From positions 1,760,001 to 1,824,000 of the forward strand of contig OY781964.1 in the NCBI GenBank assembly GCA_963677485.1: a DNA stretch of 64,000 nucleotides, written 5' to 3'. The position numbers were made by a program, and so were the translations under genes. The notes under the pieces were generated by a model. That model was not told where the DNA came from. It did not search any database and was given only the letters and a program-made list of their open reading frames with translations. How positions within the stretch are numbered: the stretch's first letter is position 1; each line of letters opens with the position of its first letter. Origin of the DNA: Armatimonadota bacterium (GTDB taxonomy: Bacteria > Armatimonadota > HRBIN16). This document shows positions 28,578-37,961 of this stretch, piece by piece.

Positions 28578-30136
28578 TAGGCAGTCACCACCGGTAGACG
28601 GCTCGCCTCTACCGCCCGCATGATACGCAGCACCGCTTCCTTTATGTCACGGATGTGAGCCACAAGCTCTGTGCTGCCTGGCAGAGACCCTGAAGACTGC
28701 AGGGCGTTCATGCTCTGTGGGGCTCCGGCGATGCTCGCTGCTGCCGTAGACAGCTTCGATGTGTCAGGCATACTGTAGCTTGGCAGGGCTGTTGGTTGGA
28801 CATCCGGCATACTCATGGTGGCTTCGGCTGACTTCCTGACCTTGTCGAGGTTGGATTTACCCCCTATACCAGCCAACTGTTTATCGACATCAGAGTTTTC
28901 CTTCTTGTGAGTACTGTTGTATATGGCCACCCCGGCAGCAGCGATACCTACGGCAGCCAACGCCACACCAGCCGCAGCAGGGTTGGCCGCGGCCCAGGCG
29001 ATGATCGCACTGTTTCTCATCATGTCAAAAGCGCTCCGGATGGCCATGATCCCCTTGGCCACAGGCCCGGCGACGGCCACCAGACCCAAGAACCCGATCA
29101 CCCCCGCTGCGATGGGTTTAGGCATCGCGGTCAGCACGCCAATGATTGGTTTAGCGATGTCTATGAGCATATCAAGGGCAGGCATCACAGCATCGGCGAT
29201 CGATAGAGCGAGCTCACCGAACTTCATCTTTACCCCAGCCAGCTTCGCGTTCATCGCATCGAACTTCTCGTCCATCTTGGCAGCCGCGACTAACACTTCG
29301 TCATTCATCACCGCCCCGCTCTTGTGTGCTTCGGTAGCCAGGTTGGTAAACCCCTGGGCACCCATGGCGATGATAGGGGCCATCTCGGCAGACGACTTAC
29401 CAAACAGCTTTGTGGCCAGGTTGTTGCGCTCGATACCCTCCGGCATCTGACCAAGTGCCCCGATGGTCTCAGAGAAGATACTGTTCATATCCCGGAACTT
29501 GCCGTTGCTGTCAAGCACCGAAACGCCGATACCTTTGAGCTGCTGTTGTATAGCCTCGTTACCGAGGTTCTTCTGCAGCTTTTCGACCGACTTCATGAGG
29601 GGCTCGAACTCCAACCCGCTTTGAGAGGCCACGAACTGCAGCTCCTGGAGGGTCTGTGTGGTCAACCCTGTGGCCGTCTTAAGGTTCATCAGCTTCTCAG
29701 CCTGGTCAGCCATTTTGCTGGCCTCATATAGTCCTGCACCGACCGCCGCAGCCAGAGGGGCTTGCACGCTTGAGGAGACACTAGATAGCTTATCGAGCTT
29801 CTGGTTCTTCTGGGCCTTGGCGATGGCCAGGTCCTTCTCCTGATTGGAGATCTCTTTACGCAGGCTGGCCGACTGGCTCCGCAGTGCGTTAAGGGTCTCC
29901 TTCTCGCCGGACTGCAGAGCCTGTTCTATCTTCTTTTTAAGCTCAACCTGCTCGTTCTGCATCTGCTGCAGCTTTTTGGTGGCCTCGGTGATGCCTCTTG
30001 TGTCCGGACGAATTGATGTCAAGCGTTCCGCAAGCCGCCCGTTGGCTTCAGCCTGCTTCTTCATCTCGTTCATAGACTTCTGGAAGCTCTGCAGACTAGC
30101 AGTGATCGCCAGTTCATAGGCACCTACACTAGGCAT
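28577..30136 (-). CDS. Tail tape measure protein
   Basis: Ala/Leu-rich helical; TG.T...LQEL, A..LFGKS..E..P and hydrophobic AANP segments; follows the chaperones. Confidence 0.88.
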   Translation of the reverse strand: MPSVGAYELAITASLQSFQKSMNEMKKQAEANGRLAERLTSIRPDTRGITEATKKLQQMQNEQVELKKKIEQALQSGEKETLNALRSQSASLRKEISNQEKDLAIAKAQKNQKLDKLSSVSSSVQAPLAAAVGAGLYEASKMADQAEKLMNLKTATGLTTQTLQELQFVASQSGLEFEPLMKSVEKLQKNLGNEAIQQQLKGIGVSVLDSNGKFRDMNSIFSETIGALGQMPEGIERNNLATKLFGKSSAEMAPIIAMGAQGFTNLATEAHKSGAVMNDEVLVAAAKMDEKFDAMNAKLAGVKMKFGELALSIADAVMPALDMLIDIAKPIIGVLTAMPKPIAAGVIGFLGLVAVAGPVAKGIMAIRSAFDMMRNSAIIAWAAANPAAAGVALAAVGIAAAGVAIYNSTHKKENSDVDKQLAGIGGKSNLDKVRKSAEATMSMPDVQPTALPSYSMPDTSKLSTAAASIAGAPQSMNALQSSGSLPGSTELVAHIRDIKEAVLRIMRAVEASRLPVVTA

Positions 30137-30368
30137 TACTCATTCTCTCCATGATTACCCTCATCTCACGCTCTTCATCTTCGTTCGGTTTTGGCTTGTC
30201 GACAACGCCGTATTTCAGCTTCTCATACCAGTACACAGCATGAACCGAATCGACAAAGTCAGCCCATGTCGCATTCCAGAAAGTGTCGGGTGTCCAGCGC
30301 AACAACCCGTAGGCGAGGCGTTTCGCCTCGCCCCAGTCGGTTAGGGTGTTGCGCTCTGGACGTTTCCC
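30129..30368 (-). CDS. Tail assembly chaperone GT extension via -1 frameshift
   Basis: Slippery G GGA AAC at 30368-30362; the -1 frame reads KRPERNTLTDWGEAKRLAYGLLRWTPDTFWNATW...SNA* to TAG at 30129. Confidence 0.75.
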   Translation of the reverse strand, partial: GKRPERNTLTDWGEAKRLAYGLLRWTPDTFWNATWADFVDSVHAVYWYEKLKYGVVDKPKPNEDEEREMRVIMERMSNA

Positions 30369-30643
30369 TCGTCGGTGCTTTCCATTGGGATGTCGCCGAT
30401 CGTGTCGTCTACGATCTCGATAAGCAGCCGTGAACGCTCCTGGGCGGTGTCGAGTGCATCATCGACCTCGTCGGTCGATAACCCGGTGATCGCCGCCACA
30501 GTGCCGATAACATAGGCACAGGTCGCTTCGTCCGGAGCATCTTTGATCTTGGTGACACTGATGCCGGAGAACTGCTCCGCCGCCCGACGGTGCCGGTTTC
30601 GCACCGGCTCATTCCATGTCTTGCCGTTAATGGTGACCTTCAT
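30341..30643 (-). CDS. Tail assembly chaperone G
   Basis: Between the major tail protein and the TMP; ends at the slippery site. Confidence 0.75.
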   Translation of the reverse strand: MKVTINGKTWNEPVRNRHRRAAEQFSGISVTKIKDAPDEATCAYVIGTVAAITGLSTDEVDDALDTAQERSRLLIEIVDDTIGDIPMESTDEGNVQSATP

Positions 30644-31077
30644 TAAGCACTCACCGCCGTGGTGGTCACATGCCCGCTGGACTTTCCACTACCCTTGCTG
30701 GTGCCGGTTTTGTCCAACGTTGCGCCGATCTCGATACTCTCGATCGCAATGATACCCACCATCTTCTCCGTGGTATCACTGTCTGCAACGAATTCGAAAG
30801 GTAGCCTGGTACCCATCTCGCACTTCTTGGCCATGTCGAACGCACCCATGACAGAGGCGTAGGCGTTACCGTCCCAGCTTATTTCGTGGGTAGCTTTAGA
30901 CGGGATGTTGTCGGGCTCTATCATGCCTGTCTCGGTGTTGACATGGCTCGTATCTGCCACTTCTATCAGTGACGCATTCACTTTCATGGTCACCGATGTC
31001 AGTCCGAGAACTGGCGAGCCTGGCGATGTGCCAAGCTTCAGGGCCATTCTGCCAAATTTGATAAGCGTACTACTCAC
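30643..31077 (-). CDS. Major tail (tube) protein
   Basis: Position; beta-rich with tube-protein-like spacing. Confidence 0.7.
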   Translation of the reverse strand: MSSTLIKFGRMALKLGTSPGSPVLGLTSVTMKVNASLIEVADTSHVNTETGMIEPDNIPSKATHEISWDGNAYASVMGAFDMAKKCEMGTRLPFEFVADSDTTEKMVGIIAIESIEIGATLDKTGTSKGSGKSSGHVTTTAVSA

Positions 31078-31080
31078 TCA

Positions 31081-31416
31081 CTAACCTCCCAGTTGTTTGA
31101 TCAGGCACTGCCTGATGATCTTCTTGCCTTTTCCCTTGAGGATGGCACGTATCCACTGTGCCTTACCCCTGCGATGCTTCAGGCTCTTGTCCCAGTAGAC
31201 ACGGCCAGCATATGCCGTGTCGTAGATGATGACCACATTGTTTGCTCCGCGTTCCACGACCCTGGCCGACCTACTCAGCTTACGGGTCCTCGTTGGCACA
31301 GATGACTGCGCTGCTTCCACGATTTGATGAGCCGCGTCTACCATGGCGATATTGAGTTCGTGGCGCATATCTTCCATGATGCGTTGGGTGTCTATATCTA
31401 CGCGCACTCTAGCCAA
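31081..31416 (-). CDS. HK97 gp10-like neck/tail completion protein
   Basis: AQSSVPTRT.KL.RS...YDTAYA motif. Confidence 0.7.
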   Translation of the reverse strand: MARVRVDIDTQRIMEDMRHELNIAMVDAAHQIVEAAQSSVPTRTRKLSRSARVVERGANNVVIIYDTAYAGRVYWDKSLKHRRGKAQWIRAILKGKGKKIIRQCLIKQLGG

Positions 31417-31772
31417 ACCTCAACGAGTACCGAAGGATTACGCAGGTTCTCATCCCTGTCTTGGTCCATCTCGCCAACCCGGCAGAACCCGCCGGTATGC
31501 TGGCTGGTCGGCCGGATGTCGTCACCCAGTGCCTCACAGATTTTGGTGTATACCGTTGATGCTTCGGCACTGCCAGGCGCATCACTGAGTATGTTCAGGT
31601 CAATATCGACCTTCCAGGTCTGCGGGCAGACGCTGATCATGTTCGGAGCTCCGCCGTGCAGGACCACGCAAGGTAGTTCTGGTTCCTCTGGAGCCTCGTC
31701 ATATACTGTTAGTCCGGCCACGGTGAGCATCTGGTAAACCGCCAGTTGTGCGCTGTCTGCTGCGTTGATCAT
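31398..31772 (-). CDS. Tail terminator-like protein
   Basis: LQ.AVY..L.....VYD..P....P.VV pattern. Confidence 0.65.
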   Translation of the reverse strand: MINAADSAQLAVYQMLTVAGLTVYDEAPEEPELPCVVLHGGAPNMISVCPQTWKVDIDLNILSDAPGSAEASTVYTKICEALGDDIRPTSQHTGGFCRVGEMDQDRDENLRNPSVLVEVWLECA

Positions 31773-32251
31773 TAACAGCCAGCCACAACGATAACCACCG
31801 GAGTGCTTGGTGCTGAGGCTGTAAGTTGAATATCGGTCGAAGTGCCAAGCACTTTACCTCCCTTACCGAAATCCAGAAACAATACACCCTCTGGGCCCAG
31901 AACACCGGTAATACCTCCCGCACCATTGACTTGGGCTTGCGCTATGGTCAGGTTGGCGGTTGGGCTCAGGTTCTTGATCAAGATGTAGTTCAGCATGGCG
32001 ATGTCGCCATCACTCTGCACCGCTTTGTCCGGCTCAGCTGCTAACGCACACAGCGTCTTGAGGTTAATCACCGTCGGCAGCGCACCTGCGGAAGCGCTGA
32101 ACTCACAGCCTTGGTTGACTAAACCAAGGCCGCTGCCTGGTGATAAAGACCGCGCATGGTTGAAGTTGCCCTGCCACGTCTGCGATCCGAGCCCAGTGGC
32201 GGTATACTTCATGCTGATATCTACACTCACATTGCCTCGAAGCTCACCCAT
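31772..32251 (-). CDS. Phage structural hypothetical protein
   Basis: Coupled ORF in the head-tail module. Confidence 0.55.
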   Translation of the reverse strand: MGELRGNVSVDISMKYTATGLGSQTWQGNFNHARSLSPGSGLGLVNQGCEFSASAGALPTVINLKTLCALAAEPDKAVQSDGDIAMLNYILIKNLSPTANLTIAQAQVNGAGGITGVLGPEGVLFLDFGKGGKVLGTSTDIQLTASAPSTPVVIVVAGC

Positions 32252-32570
32252 TGGATGGCACCCTCCTTGCGATTACGTTGAGCACCAGCCGACGGCTGTC
32301 GGCGTCCGTGCTCTGCACTTCATAGGTCTCGCCCAGAATGACCAGGCGACGCTGCTGCCGGATATGCTGGCAGAACCGGCAGGTGATCTTCACCACATCG
32401 TCCGGGATGTTCACCCCGCTGGCCAACCGGTCCTTTTGGGTGAGTCCGGTCATGGCCACCGGCACCACAGCGAGCTTTGTCCAGTCGCCCTTCTTGTATC
32501 CACCGCGCCCGTCTGGAACATCAGGACGCCCCTGCACTTCGGCTTTATACCGCAGCCTCCCAGCTTCCAT
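32244..32570 (-). CDS. Head-closure (head-tail adaptor) protein
   Basis: MEAGRLR...PDGRGG....W...YEV; TAATG coupling to the endolysin. Confidence 0.8.
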   Translation of the reverse strand: MEAGRLRYKAEVQGRPDVPDGRGGYKKGDWTKLAVVPVAMTGLTQKDRLASGVNIPDDVVKITCRFCQHIRQQRRLVILGETYEVQSTDADSRRLVLNVIARRVPSNG

Positions 32571-33034
32571 TAACCCCTCCACTCGCAATGCGGTAAATCC
32601 CGCAGCGACCTCCACGCCCCGCCCCAGGTCAAGCCATGCGCCTTTACGGCACTCCCGTAGACCACCCAAGTGGTGCAGGCTGCGTCCCAGGTCACCACAC
32701 CGTTCACCAGAGGCACCACGTCCATGGCCAGTCCCTTGCAGTGCATCGAGTTCAACGTGCCGGTCAGGACATCGTCTTTGGCTAGATATCCAGCCTTCCG
32801 GGCCGCGGAGATCTCCTCATAACTCAACCCCGCTGCCCGCAGGTAAGTGTCAGACCGTCCCGCACAATACAGCTTCCTCTGCACCGACACGGGCCGTAGA
32901 ACCTGGGTGACCATGAGCTCCAGCCCATGGCCCCTCACGTCCGCCAACACCGCCCGGAACTTCCGCGCCGCCACCTTGTTAACCCCCGCCTGCGATATCA
33001 TCTTGTCATTACACGTCTGCTCAGGCATATACAT
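32570..33034 (-). CDS. Endolysin, M15-family L-Ala-D-Glu peptidase
   Basis: R....Q..LY..GR, SMH.KGLAMD and WGG.W....D.PH.E motifs. Confidence 0.85.
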   Translation of the reverse strand: MYMPEQTCNDKMISQAGVNKVAARKFRAVLADVRGHGLELMVTQVLRPVSVQRKLYCAGRSDTYLRAAGLSYEEISAARKAGYLAKDDVLTGTLNSMHCKGLAMDVVPLVNGVVTWDAACTTWVVYGSAVKAHGLTWGGAWRSLRDLPHCEWRG

Positions 33035-33581
33035 GCCTCCTTAACAAGCTAATGATGGACTTGACACTCATCGGCACCTCGCCCAAGCTGCGGCCATCAT
33101 CTACCGCTTCCCGGTGCTCATACCAGTGCGCCGTGCACATCAGGATCGCCGCTCTGGCAAGCGGCTCGATCTTATCTCTGCCCATGGTTACCGTGAGGAT
33201 GGAGTGATCGCCGCACTCGCCAAGATCATTCATGGCCACATACCCGCGGCGCAGGGCCTCATTGTTGAGGTCGACCGCAGTTAGGGTGCCGTCATCCGCC
33301 ACACGCACCAGCGTTGGTGTGTCCACGTCCAGGCTGCCGGAGTAGATAGGCAGGTTATAAAGACCCTCGTTATTTCCCTCATTGACGACCTCGAACCGGC
33401 GCACCCGCACGCAGAAGGTCTGGTTGGTCGCTCCCTCGATGTAGTCTGTGGCTGCCTCAACAAGCCCAGCGATGAACTCCCGTTCTGCCTCGTCGGCTTC
33501 CAACAGTCGCATATGCACAATGGCTTCGTCCACTGTGGCCACTGGGGTCAGTGGGGTGTCACTGCTTATCCGAGTTATCAT
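33021..33581 (-). CDS. Head-tail connector (HK97 gp6-like)
   Basis: V.EA..H.R...I..L..AA..YIE..T...AIL...AHWYE.RE...VP. Confidence 0.88.
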   Translation of the reverse strand: MITRISSDTPLTPVATVDEAIVHMRLLEADEAEREFIAGLVEAATDYIEGATNQTFCVRVRRFEVVNEGNNEGLYNLPIYSGSLDVDTPTLVRVADDGTLTAVDLNNEALRRGYVAMNDLGECGDHSILTVTMGRDKIEPLARAAILMCTAHWYEHREAVDDGRSLGEVPMSVKSIISLLRRHVYA

Positions 33582-33966
33582 CTCTGACCTCCTGAGACTG
33601 GTTGAGCACTGCCAGACTCCGCCTCAACGCTGGGGCGATAGGTATACCAAGTTTGCCCATGTTCTCCAGGATGGATATGCCCTCGGCAACGACATAGAAG
33701 CTGGTGATGGTGCCCCCGGCAGGGATCGCCCCATTGGTGGCGTGTTCTATGCCGTAGCCGAATCCCACAATGAGCAGCACTATGCTCTTCTTGGTCATGC
33801 CCACCCGGCTAGCCGATGAACTGACAGTGCCAGCCATCGCAGCAGCGGTCACACCGGTGATGACATCGATGATGATGGCAGCAATGAGCAGCCACACAAT
33901 CTTCGGGATTGCCAGCATGACTGCGACAAGAGAGCCGTATGTTAAGGCTCGCTCATTGTTTCCCAC
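33559..33966 (-). CDS. Holin (phage holin 4 family)
   Basis: IID.ITG...A....SS....G..KK...E..SILEN..K.G.PI. Confidence 0.85.
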   Translation of the reverse strand: MGNNERALTYGSLVAVMLAIPKIVWLLIAAIIIDVITGVTAAAMAGTVSSSASRVGMTKKSIVLLIVGFGYGIEHATNGAIPAGGTITSFYVVAEGISILENMGKLGIPIAPALRRSLAVLNQSQEVRDDNSDKQ

Positions 33967-34319
33967 TACGGCAGCCCCACCAATATCACCATGATCCGCG
34001 CCACTACGATCGCCTCACTTGGCATTCCAGCCGTGGCTTGCAGCACCCAACCCTTCACTTTCGTCACAGCCGCAGCCCGCAGTATCGCCTCCTCCCAGTC
34101 CGGCAGCGGCTCAACCACGCTATCCAGAAGCTTGGCGGCCATCCGGTCGATTGCTCCCGGTCCGCCATTGCGAACCTGGCCGTAGGTGGCACGCACTGCA
34201 TACGCCACGGCGATCTCCATTTCCGCCGGGTGCTTGCGGATCACGTCGCCTCCGCTGTTCTCATCCTCCGGTAGATGAAACACACGGTCCCGCAGCCAAA
34301 CCCAGATTTTCTTAAACAT
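33966..34319 (-). CDS. Phage hypothetical protein
   Basis: RBS GGAG; coupled to the holin. Confidence 0.55.
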   Translation of the reverse strand: MFKKIWVWLRDRVFHLPEDENSGGDVIRKHPAEMEIAVAYAVRATYGQVRNGGPGAIDRMAAKLLDSVVEPLPDWEEAILRAAAVTKVKGWVLQATAGMPSEAIVVARIMVILVGLP

Positions 34320-34331
34320 AGTGCGCTCTCC

Positions 34332-35366
34332 TTAGCTCCTCGTCCATGTGTGCCGGAATGTCAGATAGACCTTCTTGGCACTCGTCTTGGGTAGTGGTGT
34401 CGCGAATTTGCACACAAGACCCGGTTCCCCAATCCCTGTCACCCCACTGGCTGTTTTTGCGAATCCTCGTGTTACCAGTGAGGCGATATTCATATTCAAC
34501 ACAGCCTGTGGTATCTCTAGCTTCAAGTCTAGCCAGTAGTTATCCCCACTCTTGCCGGTGTTGGGTTTTGTGATATTCCCACTGCCATTCGAAGAGGATG
34601 CTAAAGCCGTATAGTCGGTGTTGGCGATCCCGCTTGCGAAACTCAAGGCGGTAGAACTGGCATACATGTTCGCGGTAGCCTGCGTATACAGCCCTCCAGC
34701 GGACGCACCGCTCCCATGCAGGAAACAGTCGGCCAGCCACTGGTTGTTCACAAACGAGACGATGCTGTTGTTTGTCCCTAAGTCGCCGACCTCTGTGATC
34801 GCAGTGGCGGCGAACGGGTCGCCGACACGTGTCACCGTGATGCGGGCGGTGATGTTCATCGTGTGCGAGCTGTCTTTCACGATGGTGGTCGGGTCGCCGT
34901 TCACGTCCACGATCCGGTTTCGACAGAAGAACTTCCCGGCGGTGTTTGTCAGGCCATTCAACAGCCCCATCTCAGAGATGTTCCCGTTGGCCTCATTTTC
35001 ACCAAATGCCGCCACCAGCGTGAAGGTGATCGGCGATGTGTTGCTGGTCAAGTCGATGGTCTTGGAACCCAGGGTGTAGTCATACGCCTTAGCAGCCACG
35101 AACGTACCCAGGGTTGTGTCAGTGAAGGCGGGAGCAGCGGTACCGCTCCCCACTGCAATGGCGTTATAGTAGCCATCCTGCGTTCCATTAACACACCTAA
35201 ACAGACCTCCATGATCTGTAAATGAGGTGTTCATGAAGAAGTCCATACCGGTGTCGAGTATGGTGTTCTTGTGGAACGGGATGTGCCGCTCGATGATGCC
35301 GGTCTTGGCGTTGATAAGGTCAACCGACCACTCGCATTTGATGCCGGTTTTGATTTGCCCAACCAT
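34332..35366 (-). CDS. Fibre/appendage-like structural protein
   Basis: N.I.D.G...IAVGSG..AP...DT.L...F...EANG.ISE.GL, typical of fibre N-termini. Confidence 0.6.
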   Translation of the reverse strand: MVGQIKTGIKCEWSVDLINAKTGIIERHIPFHKNTILDTGMDFFMNTSFTDHGGLFRCVNGTQDGYYNAIAVGSGTAAPAFTDTTLGTFVAAKAYDYTLGSKTIDLTSNTSPITFTLVAAFGENEANGNISEMGLLNGLTNTAGKFFCRNRIVDVNGDPTTIVKDSSHTMNITARITVTRVGDPFAATAITEVGDLGTNNSIVSFVNNQWLADCFLHGSGASAGGLYTQATANMYASSTALSFASGIANTDYTALASSSNGSGNITKPNTGKSGDNYWLDLKLEIPQAVLNMNIASLVTRGFAKTASGVTGIGEPGLVCKFATPLPKTSAKKVYLTFRHTWTRS

Positions 35367-35386
35367 GTGTTTACTCTCTCTCCTTG

Positions 35387-37468
35387 TTATCGCGTGCTCA
35401 GCGAGCATTCGTCGAACCATACCACGCTGTTTATCGTGCCGGGGTTTTCGAGGAATATACGGACATTCGACGCACCCGCGGGAGTCGTGAAATCATATGT
35501 CACTTTTTGCCATGTTGTCGTTGCGTTTCCCGTTGACACATCAGCCGGTGTGATATATGTGTTCGTGGTCCTGTCATGTATGAAGAACTTCCCAGCATTC
35601 GTGCCGTCACCTCGGCACCAGAACGACAGGCGGTAGTTGGTAGACGGCTGTAGTATGGTGTCCCTGTGCAACCATGGGTTTGTGTCGTAGAACGTGCTGC
35701 CGTCAGCCGCCAGGCGCACAGCTTTAGTTCCCGAGTAGAACTCGCCTGCAGCGGTGGCGATGGAGGCTGTACCGTGGTTGCCATTGGTAGCGTCGTTCTT
35801 GACCCAGTTCGCGAAGTCGCTTTCAAACGCCGGGTTATAGCCGTCCCACAGGTTCGGAGCGGCCACCTCCCAGTCGATGTTGGTGATGGCACTGGCCACG
35901 CCCACCTGGCGGGTGTTCTCATAGGTAGTGATGGGCGTAGAGGCCACATCCCAATCGACATTGGTGATGAGATGAGCAACTCCGGCTTGTGCTCCATGCT
36001 CATAGGTTGGAACAGGAACGATCCAATACACATTAGTGACAGCATTCGACATACCCGCTGAGGCGTCTACCGGGTTGGCAGAGACCGGCGTGAGCGGACT
36101 TAGCGTGATGCTGAAGTCATCGAACCAGACCTCGCCAAGACCTACGCTGGCCCCGTATAGTAGCAACCTGACATTCGAGCCACCAGAGGGAACAACGAAG
36201 GCGAACTCCACCTGCTGCCATGTGGTGCTAGCGTTGTCCGTGGACATGACACCTGGGGTGATGTCGACATCCGTTGTTTTGTCATACATAAAGAAGCGGC
36301 CAGCATTGGTACCATCACCTCGGCACCAGAATTTGAGGGCGTAACGCGAGCCGGCCACAAGCGTATTGTCCTGCTGTAACCTTGGCTCAGTGGTCATATC
36401 CACTGTGCCGGAGGTGAGCTTGACGGCTTTGGCTCCAGTATGGATCTCCCCCTCGGCAGTGACCACCGACACCGTACCGTTCGCGCCGTTACGGCTGTCG
36501 GTTGGGGTCCACCAGTCCAGGTCAGATTCAAAACCCTCATTGCTCATCTCATTGACCGGAATGACTTCCCAGTCTACGCCAGTAACCACATGGGCGATGG
36601 CCACACCTGCGTAGTGCTCATAGGTGTCCACAGGCACCACGTATAAGGCCCAGTCCAGGTTAGTGATCGCGTGCGCCAGTCCTGCGGTGTTAGGCTCCTC
36701 GGTCACGTCAAGCGATGCCACGGTGACCTCACCGAAGTATAGGTCGTCATACCACACGGTGCCACCCACCACATACGGCGCATATAACACACTCCTGGCC
36801 AGTGTAGCTCCAGCAGGGGCAACGAAGGTATATGACACCTTCTGCCAATCGGTCGTTAGCCCTGTGATTGGCACAGGCTCCGGAGTGATGCTTGCGTCTG
36901 TCGTCCGGTCGTACATAAAGAAGTGTGGGGTATTGACACCATCGCCCTTCGCCCAGAACGAAAGCATGTAGGTCTTCCCGGGTGTGGTCGCACAGTCCTG
37001 TGATAGCCGGGTTATGTTGGTCGGGTCTGTTGTTCCAGATACCAACTTCGCTGCTTTTGACCCAGAGTGGAACTCGCCAGCGACAGCCGTCGATGTAACT
37101 TGTCCATAGAACCCATTAGTGGCATCATGGATGGAATACCAGTTGATGCCATCTTCGAAGCCAGGATTGATGAATTGATTGTCTCCAAGAGTGCCCTCCA
37201 GAATCCACTGAAGGGCTGTGATAGCGTGCCCAATGCCCGCCGCGTTCGCTTCATCGTATGTGTCCAGCGAAAGGGTATATACCGTCCATTCCAGCCCTGT
37301 GATGTCATGCGTCACACCGGCTCCGTTGGCCACCAGCCGCGGGGCCAGTGTGGGCCAGTCGATACCGGTGATGGCGTGGCCCACACCCACCGCGTTACGG
37401 TGAATGGGGCCTTTGGGGACGGGTATCCTGCGTTTTGCGGTCGCAGCGAACAGTATGATGAGGCCCAT
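35387..37468 (-). CDS. Virion protein with three CBM4/9-like carbohydrate-binding domains
   Basis: Three N..FE...W...HSG.KA.KL...Y.LSFW.KG...WQ...F..P...VW.DD repeats, with eight short G..H.IT..W-type linker repeats. Confidence 0.75.
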   Translation of the reverse strand: MGLIILFAATAKRRIPVPKGPIHRNAVGVGHAITGIDWPTLAPRLVANGAGVTHDITGLEWTVYTLSLDTYDEANAAGIGHAITALQWILEGTLGDNQFINPGFEDGINWYSIHDATNGFYGQVTSTAVAGEFHSGSKAAKLVSGTTDPTNITRLSQDCATTPGKTYMLSFWAKGDGVNTPHFFMYDRTTDASITPEPVPITGLTTDWQKVSYTFVAPAGATLARSVLYAPYVVGGTVWYDDLYFGEVTVASLDVTEEPNTAGLAHAITNLDWALYVVPVDTYEHYAGVAIAHVVTGVDWEVIPVNEMSNEGFESDLDWWTPTDSRNGANGTVSVVTAEGEIHTGAKAVKLTSGTVDMTTEPRLQQDNTLVAGSRYALKFWCRGDGTNAGRFFMYDKTTDVDITPGVMSTDNASTTWQQVEFAFVVPSGGSNVRLLLYGASVGLGEVWFDDFSITLSPLTPVSANPVDASAGMSNAVTNVYWIVPVPTYEHGAQAGVAHLITNVDWDVASTPITTYENTRQVGVASAITNIDWEVAAPNLWDGYNPAFESDFANWVKNDATNGNHGTASIATAAGEFYSGTKAVRLAADGSTFYDTNPWLHRDTILQPSTNYRLSFWCRGDGTNAGKFFIHDRTTNTYITPADVSTGNATTTWQKVTYDFTTPAGASNVRIFLENPGTINSVVWFDECSLSTR

Positions 37469-37470
37469 GG

Positions 37471-37893
37471 CTACATGCTTACCAGCGAGATATCTATGGT
37501 CTGTGCGGTGGTCTGTGCCACAAGGTCGCCCCGTACACCGCTCTGAAACCGCACCAGGTGCTTCGACACACGCAGGCTCATGTCGGCGGTGAGCGGGAGT
37601 GCACACAGCCCCACAGGGGTCTCGGCGATGCTCTCGCCGTTCTCAAGCATGTCGCGCCAGGTCACCCCGTCATCTATGGAGTCCTGGAAAGAGATTTTAC
37701 CAGTCCAACCTAGGCTAAATCCCAGCTCATCGATGCGCCAGCCGTCCGGTATCTGGACAGCGGAGCTCTGACTGGCCTCGGCCTCGATAACGGCAGACAG
37801 CGCATTCGGTAGCCGTATGCCCTGCGTCACCAGCACCGGATTGTCCGGCACATTGTCAATGGATACCCGCCCGATATAGTTGTCTGCCATCAT
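37471..37893 (-). CDS. Phage hypothetical structural protein
   Basis: RBS AAGGAG; directly after the capsid terminator. Confidence 0.55.
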   Translation of the reverse strand: MMADNYIGRVSIDNVPDNPVLVTQGIRLPNALSAVIEAEASQSSAVQIPDGWRIDELGFSLGWTGKISFQDSIDDGVTWRDMLENGESIAETPVGLCALPLTADMSLRVSKHLVRFQSGVRGDLVAQTTAQTIDISLVSM

Positions 37894-37915
37894 TACTCCT
37901 TATCTGTCTCGGTCG

Positions 37916-37940
37916 AAAAGGGGGCCGTTTTGGCCCCCCT
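37916..37940 (-). terminator. Intrinsic terminator after the major capsid gene
   Basis: GGGGGCC-loop-GGCCCCC stem followed by TTTT on the minus strand. Confidence 0.65.
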
Positions 37941-37961
37941 AAAGCGAGGCTAAGCCTCCTC

